The notes under the pieces: generated by a model
Database searches by the model: none
The model's input: the letters and a program-made list of their open reading frames with translations, nothing else
Told to the model about the DNA's origin: nothing
Position numbers and translations under genes: made by a program
In this document: in pieces, positions 1-11,930 of the stretch
How positions within the stretch are numbered: the stretch's first letter is position 1
Layout: each line of letters opens with the position of its first letter
Source: the human T2T-CHM13v2.0 reference genome, Homo sapiens
DNA: 64,000 nucleotides
Assembly: GCF_009914755.1 (NCBI RefSeq)
Contig: NC_060935.1
Direction: 5' to 3' (one strand)

Positions 1-537
1 ATCAATTAACTATGGCCCATAGAGTTGTGGATAATTGCTCATTCTCTTTCAAGGAACTTTGGTTCCCCCAAATAGTTGCTTTATTTTAGGCATGGGGCTT
101 AAAACATTAAACTTATTTTCATTATCAGAGCACGTCTTAGGGAAGGCAAGTCAGATGAAAGCTTTATTATTGCTAATTATAGTTTCATATCTTTAGAGAA
201 GCACCTGTGTAAATTGCACATGAACTGCTGTTCTTTGAATGCATGCAAATTGCATTATGTACATGGTACTTGGCCTCTTGTTTTCTTGCATAGCAAGTTG
301 TCTCTGAGATGTGAGATGATTTCACGGTGGTGATAGGCCCATTTGCAAATCTGTTTATAGTAATTAAACTATCAAAATAATGTTCCATTTCTCTTGAATT
401 CCAAATGGGCTGATTTCATTAGCTTCATGTTTGGGCTGACCCTCAATTAAACTGTGAGAAGCAAATTGAACTTGCGTCCTTGGCAGCAGACTTTCTCTAC
501 CATGTCTTCTACTCTGGCGTTGAAGAATACAGTTTCA

Positions 538-769
538 CCAAATCTCTACCTTGGCATTGTTGCCATTGGGCATTAATAATTCTTGTTGTAGGGGCTTGTC
601 CTGTACATTGTAGGATGTTTAGCATCATCTTTGACCTCTTCCCACTAGATGCCAGTCACATCCCCTGCCCCAGTTGTGACAACCAAAAATATCTCCACGT
701 ATTGCCAAATATTCCCTGGGAAGCAAAATTTCCCCTGGTTGGCAAAATTATTCCTAGTTGAAAACCACT
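538..769. mobile_element. MER20 hAT-Charlie MITE
   Basis: Matches recalled MER20 consensus: ...GGGGCTTGTCCTGTACATTGTAGGATGTTTAGCATCAT...CCACTAGATGCCAGT...CCAGTTGTGACAACCAAAAATATCTCCA...TTGAAAACCACT. The ~19-bp subterminal segment is duplicated (723-741, 742-760). Confidence 0.85.
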
Positions 770-1294
770 ATGCTATTTGATGCTTCATGTATATGGAAAA
801 GAAAGGATTCTAAAATGTTGAAACCCTAAAATTGTATGCTGGACCATGTGGCAGGTTCTTTGGCGTTACCTTTAAAGGACCATAGGTACTGATTTGCTCA
901 GGCAACTCCTGTTTCACACCTGTTGTACCACCAAAATTATTAACAGAACCCTGTTTCACTTTCAAACTCTACTGATTCTAATGGTAAATTGTATAGGTAC
1001 TCTAGTTTTGGGGGAGATGCTCAAAACTTCGTAATTGCATAAAAGGAAATTAGGCTCAGAAGTTCAAGTAATTTACCAAAGGTCAGGTTACACAGCTACT
1101 AAATTGGGTTGCTAAACCTTGAAAATGGGACTAAGTCCAAAGTTGCATCAGTTGCTTTAATTTTCTCTTTCCAATTTCCCCAGAGTGATCTACAGTAAAA
1201 CTCTTGACGCTAAAAGGATTTCAAGAACAGCCTTGATGGCAAGAACTTGGAAGAGTTCATCTTTCTCAGTATCCAGACAGGAGGAGAGAGAGTT

Positions 1295-1490
1295 GAGAGT
1301 TGGACAATCCTAGTTTCAAGTCTGAGTTCATCATTTACTTTTTTGTGACCTTGGCAACATGCCTCCTATATTTCTATCTCTAGAAAATAGAGATAATAAA
1401 CTGAACACAAAGTTATCATAAGGGTTAAATTAGATTATGTATGTATAGTATGGCACCTGCCATATATTAAGCAGTCAATCAATTGTTGAT
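1295..1490 (+). mobile_element. MIR SINE (degraded)
   Basis: TGTGACCTTGGCAAC...TAGAAAATAGAGATAATA...GGGTTAAATTAGATTATGTATGTA resembles the MIR core and 3' end. Confidence 0.6.
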
Positions 1491-3859
1491 ATGATGATTA
1501 CTAACTCCAAAAGAAAGGGGATGATGGTAGAGTTCAAGATATTAAAGGGAAACAGGCAGGACCCTAGGGGCTGTGATAGGAAAGAAGGGCCACATGAGGA
1601 GTGGGGCTGAACTGAGGACTAGGGTGATATCTTACTCATTAGTGCTCTATGGTTCCCTCGAAGGGCCTGCATCTGGGAAGAATACTCACTGAAATTTTCT
1701 AACCCAAAGCTTAATAGGGTATTTCAAATTTATAGGGAAATTTGAAAAGCAAAACACTATAAAGACCCAAAGCCATAGAGATAGAACAGTGGGATATTGC
1801 CTTGGAAGGTTAGCACAGGAGTTAAAATGTCAGCGGTTAAGTTCTTTCCAGAGCCAAGCAGTGTGTGTTCTTCAGCCAGCCATTCTTCTCCTTTGAACCT
1901 TAGTTTTCTCATTGTAAAATGAAGAATTGTGACTAAGCCTTAGTACCTTAAAAAAGTCACAAAATGACTTTATAGTAATGCGAAAAGAGTACCAACAGAA
2001 ACAATACAGCCAGCCACAGCTCTATTATCTCTCCAAATGACTTATATTTTGATTCAAAATTATGTGAATCTAAGGGGTTATCACTGGGTAGCGGCAATAT
2101 GACTTTCATTTTAATTTGTGTGTGTGTGTTTACTTATATTTTCTAAATATTCTAATGTGCATATTTATTATTTTTCAAATCAGAAACTATTCAATGCTGC
2201 TAAATTTTTTTTTTAGTGTATGAAACTGCAAATTTAATAGACTGGTGGGGGAATACTCCCTACCTAGAAAACAACTTCCTGCATGTCTTACTACTTAGAA
2301 AGTAGGCAGTGTGCAGCCCTGCTTGGCTTGTGGAGTAATATAGTGTGGAACATGCTAATAAAGACAATGTATGACATCTACTGGCTCCAGCCCCCACCTG
2401 CATGTGCACAGGTGCCTGGTGTGGTGTCATTGTCCTGGTCTTTCATTTTGGGGAAAACAAATGCATATGTCTTTTGGCTCATTTGAATCAATGGGTTTCA
2501 GTGTACCATATTTTACTTTTTCATTTTTTACATATATTAATAATCACTAAGCATTGCTCTAAGACATTGCAGTGTTGCATAGAAACTATTCTACCAAAAC
2601 AGATGCAAATGTTTCTTAGAAATCCTTCCAAAATCCTTCCTTTTGTAAGAAAGCTTCTTACAAAAGCCTTGCTACAAAAAAGATAGCGATTTACTTCTCA
2701 AAAGTAATAACAATTCCTATTCTTTATAGAGAAGAAAAGAAGGCCTAGATAAGTTTTGATGTTCCAGAATGTGGAAACACCAGGTCATTCAGAAATTGAG
2801 GAAATTTTAGGAATGCACTGGTTTCGTTCATTTATTTACTTCATTCACAAATATCTGAACTACCAAACCAACTTAGAAAATACCTTCTACATTGATTTAC
2901 TTAAAATCAAGTAAGCCAGAGGAGTGATCTTGACTATTATTTTTATCATTAATTTGACTACATTGTCTGTTTTATGGCTTTGTTTACCCAAAAGAGTCTT
3001 TGAAAATCTGTCAGTATTTTGGCTCCTGGACTCATATGGTCCCCATAGGAAGCGCTGTAATAGTTATGGTCTCACATATGTATCAGTTCCAATTCTACCA
3101 CTTTGAAGTGTTAGTTAAAATTTATTGTTCAAACTTCTTCTATCAAGCGGGAGTAATATCTATCTTAAAGGATTATTTTGAGGAGTAACTGGATATAAAT
3201 TGCTTACAAGAATGCCTGGCATAGTAAGAGCTCAGTGACATTTAGCTTTTATTTGTGTTATCTCTCATGAAAAGGCTTGCATTCTATCAGTGAAAAACAT
3301 GAAACAAAATAAACTTGTCTAAAACAAGACACAGCAGCAAAAATGATCTTCCTTCTATCTATTTAGTTTCCAGGGTTTATTCAATAATTTCCAAGGCTAT
3401 AGTTTCTTATAATTCAGACTATTCTTCCACCTTTCCTATTTATGTACATTATGGTTCATTGCATGAAAAAGAATTACCTAAAACTTTTCTTCCTGTCTTG
3501 TGAATGAAATGTCCTCTGTCCGTTTCAACTCCCAGTAATCTCTTTCTGCTACAAACTGAAAGTGTTTCTTCATCTCAATCTGATTCATTCATTCATGAAA
3601 CACTTGCAAGCCAGCTCTGTGCCATGTCCCACTCCCTAAAGATATTGTATAAACCATACAGAAAATGTCACTGTCCTCAAAGAGCTTGTCTTGGGGACCA
3701 TGGTCTGTATAATGTTTTTTGAAATTTTTATGTATCTTTTATTGTTGGTTAGGTTGTTATCCTTCTGAGGTAGAATCCGCTTCCCTGTACCTGACATGGT
3801 TATTTGTGCATCCATTACAGGTGCTCAAAAAGTACTTGAATAATAATTATAAAAACCAT

Positions 3860-4095
3860 AGCATTCTCTATTGAGCTTTTGGTATACCAAGCCTTATGCT
3901 TTAGATACGAAACTTCACTTAATTCTCACAATTCTGTAAGGTTGGTGCTATTCTCCTTATTTCATAGTTCAAGAAAGCAGGGACAGCAAGGTTAAGTAAC
4001 TTCCCAGGGTCTCAGAGCTGGTAAGTGAGGGAATCTGGATTTGAATTCAGGTTAATCTCATTCTAGAGCCCATTTTCTTAACTTGTTTTGCTATA
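3860..4095 (-). mobile_element. MIR SINE
   Basis: TTAATTCTCACAATTCTGTAAGGTTGG...GGTTAAGTAACTTCCCAGGGTCTCAGAGCTGGTAAGTG...GGATTTGAATTCAGG is an antisense MIR core. Confidence 0.75.
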
Positions 4096-4179
4096 CTAGA
4101 TGAATAGATGCATGGCTACCTGCATAATTAGGTGAACAAATTTAATGTATAGGAAGTTTACATTATGTATATATCCTGG

Positions 4180-5310
4180 ATTTCCTCTAATTCTCTCTTT
4201 GCTGGTTTCTCCTCACTTGCCTGAGTTCTAAACATTAAAATGTCCCAGGACTCTCTTCATGGACTTTTCTTTCTGTTTATACTCACTCCCTTCGTGATCT
4301 GATCTTGTTCTGTGGTTTTAGATAGCATCTATGTAGAAGTGATGCCCATGTTTACATCTGATTTCAGCCTAGACTGATATTTTACTGATTGCTTTATATC
4401 TCCACTTGACGTTGAAAATGAATGCAAAATTTAACATGTCCCAAAATGAGCTCCAGTTATTCCCCAACAACTTGCCCTCCCCAAACCTGCATCTTCTTTA
4501 GTCTTTCCCATCAATTAAAGGCAATTATTCCAGTTGCTTAGGCTAAAACCTCTGGAGTCATTCTTAATTTCTGTTTCTTCCATTGCAATTTCAATTCATT
4601 AGTAAATCCTGTTGACTCCCTGCAAAATACATTTAGACTCTATCTGGTCACATCTTCGCATTTTTATTGTCATCATCTTGTTTAAGCCCTCATAAACTTT
4701 CACCTCTGTTATTGCATTAGTCTCTTAACTCTTCTCTCTGTTTCTGCCCAATCTCTTTTGCAAACCACTCCTAATATGGTCCTGTTAAATTGTAAATCAG
4801 ATCATGTTATTCTTCTTCCTAGACCTTTTCAGCTGCTTCCCAGTTCACTCAGTGTAAAAGCAAAGCTTGGAAGCCCTACCTAGTGAGCGATGCCCTTACC
4901 TCCCTGATCCTGTCTCCTCCTGATTCTCCCCATGCTTAGCCTCCATGCTGGCCTCTGTGCTGACCTGCCAACACAGCAGACAGGCTTCTCCATTTGGGCC
5001 TTTGAAATTACTCTGCATGGCTCATTCCCTCACCTCTTCAGTTTTTTACTCACATTTCACTGAATCAGTATGGTCTTTGCTGGCTACTCTGTTTAAATAG
5101 CATATGATTCCCATTCGCCATCCCCCTTCTCTCTTATATAGTCTCCACAGCAATCATCACTGTCTAAAATACTATCCAGTTTATGAACAATAGATGGCAA
5201 GTAGTATAAAAGCAGGGATTTTTGCCTGTTGCGTTGGTTGTCCCAGTCACTATAGAACATTGCCTGGAATATTCTATGCACTCATTCAGTGTTTGTTGAA
5301 TGAATGAATA
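4180..5310 (+). mobile_element. L2 LINE 3' fragment
   Basis: Pyrimidine-rich L2 motifs (TCCAGTTGCTTAGGCTAAAACCTCTGGAGTCATTCTT; TAAATCAGATCATGTTATTC) ending in the L2 tail GTTTGTTGAATGAATGAAT. Confidence 0.8.
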
Positions 5311-5314
5311 AATT

Positions 5315-5500
5315 GTGTATTTACTTTGTGTAAGGCATTGTGTTGAGCAGTCTACATTCATTATTAAATTGTAAAATATTCACCGTGATCCTTTGAGTTA
5401 AGTAATCTTACCAAACATCCTTTATAGATGAGAAACATGAGCTTGAGAGATTAAGTATTTTGCTCAAGGTCACACAGCTAAGTATGACATAGGTCTGCAT
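5315..5500 (-). mobile_element. MIR SINE
   Basis: TTTATAGATGAGAAACATGAGCTTGAGAGATTAAGTATTTTGCTCAAGGTCACACAGCTAAGT is an antisense MIR core. Confidence 0.7.
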
Positions 5501-5915
5501 AACCTCACAAACAATTACATTCTGCTGGCTTTTGTATGCCACCCCAGATTTTCCACCCCAGCCCTTCTTAGAAATACAGGCAATTTTAGGCTTCTTGGGC
5601 TTTTCCTTCCTGTGGGCTATGACATGGCGTTTCCCAGCATCCTGGGAAAGATTAACAAGCATTCCTTGGGAGAAGGGGTAGAATCAATGCTAGCATTTAT
5701 TTTCCTCTCACTGAGCATTAAAGGAAGTGGATAAAGCAAGGTTTAGGACAAAAATTCATTTTAAATGAAATTTATATGAAAAGTGCTAAACACTTTGTTC
5801 TAGTTCTGGCAAGGCAATAACTCTGCCATGAGACAGAATGCCAGTCTGTCTCACAGGGCACCTCTACTTGGATCATCAAAAAGGGAGTTCCTGTGGTTAA
5901 TCTGGGAAAAGCCTA

Positions 5916-5970
5916 GTTTAGTTTAGTTTAGTTTAGTTTAGTTTAGTTTAGTTTAGTTTAGTTTAGTTTA
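5916..5970. repeat. (GTTTA)11 perfect pentanucleotide microsatellite
   Basis: Eleven uninterrupted GTTTA units read directly. Confidence 0.97.
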
Positions 5971-6875
5971 GTGGTTTCATCTCTATTTCTGGTTTTCTAT
6001 CTAGTTTTTATGATCCTGGATGTTTTTTTATTGCCAGCTAGTGATACACTAGTGATTATTAACAAAGGTAAATGAAACAAGATTCCAAGCTGCCAGAATA
6101 AACAAATCCATAATTACATGAAGTCCATTCCTAGAGATCCTCTTTGTGAATCTTCACATTAGGCCATAGTTGACACTGATCTTCATGCTTGTTTTTCTTC
6201 ACTGCAGGTATCTCTCAAGGATGTTGATGGGATTATATACAAATAATGCTTTGGCTCTCTCAGAGTTGGCAGATCTCAGCAATAACCACCTCTTAGGTTC
6301 TGGGATTCTTCAAATAAGACCAGTGGGGAAGGGCCGTTTTAAAAATAATTTCTGACTGTTTACAGTTCCTGAAGGACTTTTTCTTCTTGTTTTGATTTTT
6401 AGCAAAATGCAGTTTAGTTTCCCTGAAACCTTAACAATCTGGAACAGTTCATTGTTGAACAAAAATGTTCAGTTAAAAGGCACTACAAGGAGTTGTATTG
6501 CTGGGTGGGCCTGGCAGTGGAGAAGATAGTGAAGCTGAGCTGTGCTTCATGCAATGCTGAATTGCTGCTGCTGCAGTGTGTGTTTTTTTCTGGAGTCTAA
6601 CTCATGCACACATTTTATAAAAAGTTAGGTGTATTCAAGTCTGCAGCAAGAATATGTCCCCATACTCAGTTCTCAGAAACTTTGTTCGCTGAAGAACGAG
6701 CTGAAAATAGAGTAAAAACAAAATGTAACCATGTAAAAATCTTGTGTACCCACACCCTAGAAGCCATTCTATATTTCTGAAGGGATGTAAGAGTGTCACC
6801 TAGCACATAAGATGTCCTTGTTTGGGGCTGTTCCTTGGATATTTTAATTTAATTAGTCCAGAGAAAATAGCACAT

Positions 6876-6937
6876 CAGCATTTTATTTTAATGCTCTCCC
6901 GGTGATTCTAACATGCAGCCAGGATTGAGAACCTCTG
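6876..6937. mobile_element. MER5A-like hAT MITE end fragment
   Basis: CTCTCCCGGTGATTCTAACATGCAGCCAGGATTGAGAACCTCTG matches the MER5A terminus. Confidence 0.65.
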
Positions 6938-8110
6938 CTTTAAGCCACCTCTGGGCTGGGTGGGAAGAGAATAATTACCTCTTGCAGGCTTAATGCACTT
7001 TGGCCAGAGAAAATCTGACCCATTCAGAGCTAAGAAAACATTTACAAAACAGGGGCTTTAAATCAGTGACTCCATGCTGAAGACCTAAATTGGCATTTCA
7101 AAGTGCAGTGATAACAGGTAATGCCCACTGACGAAATGAAAAGCTAGGATTGCCAAAGCAGTTTAATTAATATATTTCCCCAAGAATCTACTACAACTTT
7201 CCCAGTCTGATTTTATTCTCTTTTGCTGCACTTCTCTCCCATTTTCCCCTATCAGTTGTATCCATGCTCTCTCTACCTCTTTCTTTTTTAACGTTACCTT
7301 TCTTCTTTGATTTATATTTGTCTACTTTTTTCTTTCCCTTTTCTTATTTCTCCCTTTGGCCAGAGTAAGAGATAAGGTTTATTTTGTGCTGTTTGCAGTG
7401 TTTATTGAGGAATTGTATGTCTCTAATGATTTATTTTAAAAGCAAATTAGCTGGGCAGTTTTTATTTCTCTTAATTTAAAAAGCTCTCAAGTTATTATTA
7501 TTTTATTTGTATATTGCCCTTAAAAGTTTATAACCCCTAACTCTGCTCTTTCCCTCTGGTGGTTTCTGGAATTTAGTAGAAACAGATTCCCTGCCTAAGC
7601 TGTTACAACATAAGTTAAATTGGAATCACCTGAGCCAGTTACTGCTCCTTTCCAATTCTCTGTATTGTAGATTTGTAAGTGTTGACTTTAATGTTTCTGA
7701 AACCAAGCAGAGAAGTACACAGATTTTTGCTTCTTTGTAACCGTCTTGTTTGGGTGGTAAGGATGTGCTTGCTCTGCTATACTTTAATCGTATTCATTAA
7801 AGGGGGAAGAGAAAGGGGTTTTGTCCTCAACAAATGACACAAGGACTCAAATACAGAAGTATGGAGTTCTTCTTAGGCCATATTTAGTTCACTTTAACAA
7901 GCTTAAATTTCCTATCATAAAGTTCAATTTATGAAGTTAATTTAAACGTCACATTACAACGTCTATACTGTCTTCCTTTGATTTTTATCTTTCGTCAATT
8001 TGGTGTCTGTGTAACACACTTGTTTTGTTGTGTCATAGGTTTATGTTTGCTGAGTCTTCCAACTCATAATTTCTTCCTCAACATCTCCTCCTCTCCCTCA
8101 CAATCCTGTT

Positions 8111-8143
8111 ATCATCACCACCACCACCACCGTCACCATCACT
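8111..8143. repeat. imperfect (CAC/CAT)n trinucleotide repeat
   Basis: ATCATCACCACCACCACCACCGTCACCATCACT. Confidence 0.85.
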
Positions 8144-9253
8144 GTGATCACACAAATGCACTATGAAAACGTAATTGAGGTGTGAATCCCTGTGCAAATG
8201 CCTGACCTGCTAGGGTTGTCTCTGAAAACTCCATTTTAATGACTTCAACTAGATTAATCTGATTTTCCAAACATTTTTTCCTTGACCAATTTGCTGCCAT
8301 AAGTCTTGGATTTGGGTTCATAGTCCCAAGTACAAGCAGGAGAAGAAGAAGAGAACAGGAGAGGGGTTGAATAAAGGGCATGGAAGAACATTTGATTTAA
8401 ATAAAGGCAAGAACCACCTACTGTACTAGCGTCCAGCTTTCAATCCTCTCCAATCCTCTTTCAATCTTCTCTCCATTCATCTATTTCTGTAATGGAAAAG
8501 AAATGGAAAAACCATTAACCACTTTTATTTTGATGGCAGGCGCATTATACCTGAAAACAAGATTGAAGATCTTAAAATTTCTCCATCATCAGCAAGACCT
8601 CTAGAGTGACCTGCTGAATGGGTACTTGAGAGATTGCCAGTACAGAAGTAAATGAAGTGATTGGAAGCTCATCACGATATATTAGATGATAGATCTGCAC
8701 AAGTTTGGGAAAGTGACAGCCTGTAGTATTGGATGTTAGCTTGTGAATTGAACTTTAAAATTACGTTAGATATTTCTTTAGGGGTCAGCAGAAAAGACTT
8801 GGTGAAACAGGCATCTTGTATGAGAAAATTGTTACTGGCCTTGCATGTCGGATGTAGGAACTGTAGATGGCCAGGAAGGGTCCCTGATTCTTCCTGGTTC
8901 AGGTTAAAGCCTTGTCACATTGAGAAGATATGATATATCTCTGTATGGGTAGTTTGCACTTTTTGAGAGCCATTTGACCTTTTAGTCGTACAGACAGCAG
9001 TTATACATGAAATGTCTTGGCTGAGGTGCCTTCCTTGGGCAGCCTTTTTGATATTCAGCTAATGCTGTTAAACCAGAAACTTGGGTAACTGGAGTCTTGT
9101 ATTTGATTTTCAGTTACATATTGGAGGCCAGTTAACTTATTTGATTAGGACCCAGTGACAATGAGAACTAACCAGGCCATTGCCTCATATAATTCAATTT
9201 CAGAGACGTTTTATTTTCATCTTTGATTTATTTTCTTATGTTATTTTCTTGTA

Positions 9254-9276
9254 TTTTTTTTTTTTTTTTTTTTTTT
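9254..9276. repeat. poly(T)23 tract
   Basis: 23 consecutive T. Confidence 0.95.
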
Positions 9277-9359
9277 ACTTATTTAACCTTGTAGGGGAGG
9301 GAGATATTCAAAGTTGGCAATGCTTTTGCAAAAAAGATGTTCTAAAACTTATTTGTTAA

Positions 9360-9960
9360 TTTTTTTAAATTTAGATTACAGTAGCAATGTGTTCATTTAG
9401 AGAATAAAGACAAAAATCACCAATAATTTGAACCCCTCCATCGTAGCTATAATTACTATTGATATTTGGCATATTTCCTTCCAGGGTTTTACTATGCATG
9501 TATTCTATTATCATTCTTAATTTTAAAAAAGGTTTTATTTCTGGTTTAGGAACAGGGTTCTGCTGTGTTGCCCAGGCTGGATTCTAACTCCTGGGCTCAG
9601 GCAATTCTCTGGCCCCAGCCTCCCAAGTAGCTGGGACTGTGCCATTGTGCACGGCTTTTCTTAATTTTTACATTACCATCTATATTTGAATAAAAAGGGT
9701 ATTATACTTTCAATATAATATTCTTTCTTAATATTCTATCATTAGCATACTTCTCAGCTATTTCATATTCTTTTAGAAAATTAATTATAATGACTAGGTA
9801 ACATTGCACTGTACAGATAGACCGTTCTGTGCACTTCCCTGCTGTTACATATTTAGATCATTTTCAATTTCCATTCTTATAAATAATGCTTCAGTGAACA
9901 TCCTTGTATATAAATCTTGTTTAAATCCCTGACTGTTCCCTTTGAGTAATTCTTATGTTA
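9360..9960 (-). mobile_element. ancient L1ME-type 3' fragment (interrupted by FLAM)
   Basis: TTTTCAATTTCCATTCTTATAAATAATGCTTCAGTGAACATCCTTGTATATAAATCTT is typical of an antisense L1M 3' end. Confidence 0.6.
9525..9655 (-). mobile_element. FLAM (free left Alu monomer)
   Basis: Single Alu monomer (TGTTGCCCAGGCTGG...CTCCTGGGCTCAGGCAATTCT...CTCCCAAGTAGCTGGGACT) flanked by TSD TTCTTAATTTT (9514-9524, 9658-9668). Confidence 0.85.
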
Positions 9961-10400
9961 ATGTTCAGAATTCTTTTCAGGTATAATGCCATTTCTATGA
10001 GACTTGCTAATTCTGTAATTTATTCTTTGGATTTATTGACAGATGCAAGGTAGCAGCATTGTGCACTGTAAGAAATTGTATCAGAGTTTAGGAGACAGAT
10101 TGAGAACACATTCTGATACTTCTTAGTTGTGTGATATTAAGGAAGGTGGTTCACCACTCTGCCTGTTTCCCTTCCTCATTTGCAAAAGGAAGAATATGGA
10201 ACTTGTCTTTCTTTTTCCAGTTGTGAGGCAGTGAAAATAATAGCACTTTGTAAATTTTAGAACACTTTACTCTTTTAAGATTTTTCTTAACATTTCTTAG
10301 TGTAGCAGATTTTTTTTTAAGTGGGGCATATTACTTTTTGTTTTAATTTATTATAAATAAATGATTTTAAACAGATGGTAAGATACAAAAAATAAAATTG

Positions 10401-10680
10401 GGCCGGGCATGGTGGCTCACGCCTGTAATCCCAGCACTTTGGAAGGGCGAGGCAGGCGCATCACCTGAGGTCAGGAGTGCGAGATCAGCCAACATGAAGA
10501 AACCCCTGTCTCTACTAAAAATACAAAAATTAGCTGAGCATTGTGGTGCATGCCTGTAGTTCCAGCTACTTAAGAGGCTGAGGTGAGAGAATCGCTTGAA
10601 CCTGGGAGGCGGAGGTTGCAGTGAGCCAAGATTGCGCTCCTGCACGCCAGCCTGGGCGACAGAGTGAGACTCCATGTCAA

Positions 10681-10727
<47 letters not shown>

Positions 10728-10730
10728 TAA
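10401..10730 (+). mobile_element. AluS (AluSp/Sq-like) with (AAT)n tail
   Basis: Full dimer starting GGCCGGGCATGGTGGCTCACGCC, with central TACTAAAAATACAAAAAT. The tail is an (AAT)n array (~10680-10725). AAAATTG is repeated on both flanks. Confidence 0.95.
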
Positions 10731-11021
10731 AATAAACAAAATTGAAAACAATCCGTGTGGCTACCATCTATTTTAAGAAATACCTCTTTATGTGTTAATT
10801 ATTAATCTAGGTCAGGCATTGTACTTCGGCTCCAGTGCATTGCCCCTACTCCCCCAGGAGTCTGTCATTCTCAGCATGTCTTTATAACTTCACTGGCTTT
10901 GAAGTTGTATCCTTTATTTCTTTATTGTGGGTTGCTACCCTTCAAGTTTTAACATTCAGACTTACCTTAACAAAATCTAAATATATTTTTGTTTTCCTTA
11001 TAGACTTTATGTAGAATTTTT

Positions 11022-11326
11022 GTTGTTGTTTTTGTTGTTGTTGTTTTTAGACAGAATCTCACTCTGTTGCCCAGGCTGGAGTGCAGTGGCACGTCTCAGC
11101 TCACTGCAACTTCCACCTCCCGGGTTCAACTGATTCTCTTGCCTCAGCCTCCCAGGTAGCTGGGATTACAGGTGCCTGGCACCATGCCTGGCTAATTTTT
11201 TGTATTTTTAGTAGAGACAGGGTTTCACCATGTTGGCCAGGCTGGTCTCGAACTCCTGAACTTGTGATTCACCCGCCCCAGCCTCTCAAAGTGCTTGGAT
11301 ACAGGCATGAGCCACTGTACCCAGCC
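11022..11326 (-). mobile_element. AluS (Sg/Sc-like)
   Basis: Antisense dimer with (TTG)n tail. Degenerate TSD ATGTAGAATTTTT (11009-11021) / ATGTAGGATGTTT (11328-11340). Confidence 0.95.
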
Positions 11327-11930
11327 GATGTAGGATGTTTTAAGTCCAAACATCTCTTTGTCTTTCTTGTTACTTTTTCCAGACTTTTAGTTCTAATTTG
11401 TTTTGTTACTACCGAAATCAATTGTTATTTATATTATTATACTGCACAGTCATGTTGATGTGATTTATCCATGTAGGCTTTGCTCATCATTCTTTCCTAA
11501 TCTCAATCTTTCTTCCTGGCTTGCTTTCCTTTGATATAACTGTTGCATCTGTGAGAAGTTTCTTTAGTGAGAACTGTTAGTGGTGAACACATTTGTTTTT
11601 TCTTTATTTGAAAATGACTATTTCACTTTTATTTTTAAATAATGATTTATCTTAGTGTTTAATTCTAAGATTACAGGCATAATCCCATGGTCTTTTGGCT
11701 CTCTTGGTGTGAAGTCTGCTAATGTGGACCTTGATATTCCTTTGTAGATGATGCTTTTTACCCTGATTACCTGGATGATCATCTCTTTTGCTTTGGTGAT
11801 CTGCTGCTTTATTATGATTTATCCAGGTGTGGGTTACTTTGTATTAATTCTGCCTGGTAATAATTTCTTGAATTTGAAGATTGGTGATTGTCATAAAATC
11901 TGGAAAATTTTCAGCTATTCTCCAAGTATT

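Noticed and set aside
7978-8166. Poly-His ORF (YHHHHHHRHHHCDH)
   Set aside because: This is a (CAC)n microsatellite read in frame, in a short TTG-start ORF with no splice or homology support.
9254-9300. Poly(T) followed by CCTTGTAG as a splice acceptor; also acceptor-like sites near 1183, 36577, 37303 and 51080
   Set aside because: No convincing downstream donor or recognisable reading frame. Such sites are expected by chance in T-rich DNA.
10367-11458. ORFs 10367-10675, 10570-10767 and 11081-11458, plus similar ORFs at 17802, 25234, 28335, 41449, 45363, 46475 and 56093
   Set aside because: These are translations of Alu sequence ([22 protein letters not shown]-type peptides). The poly-Ile run is the (AAT)n tail.
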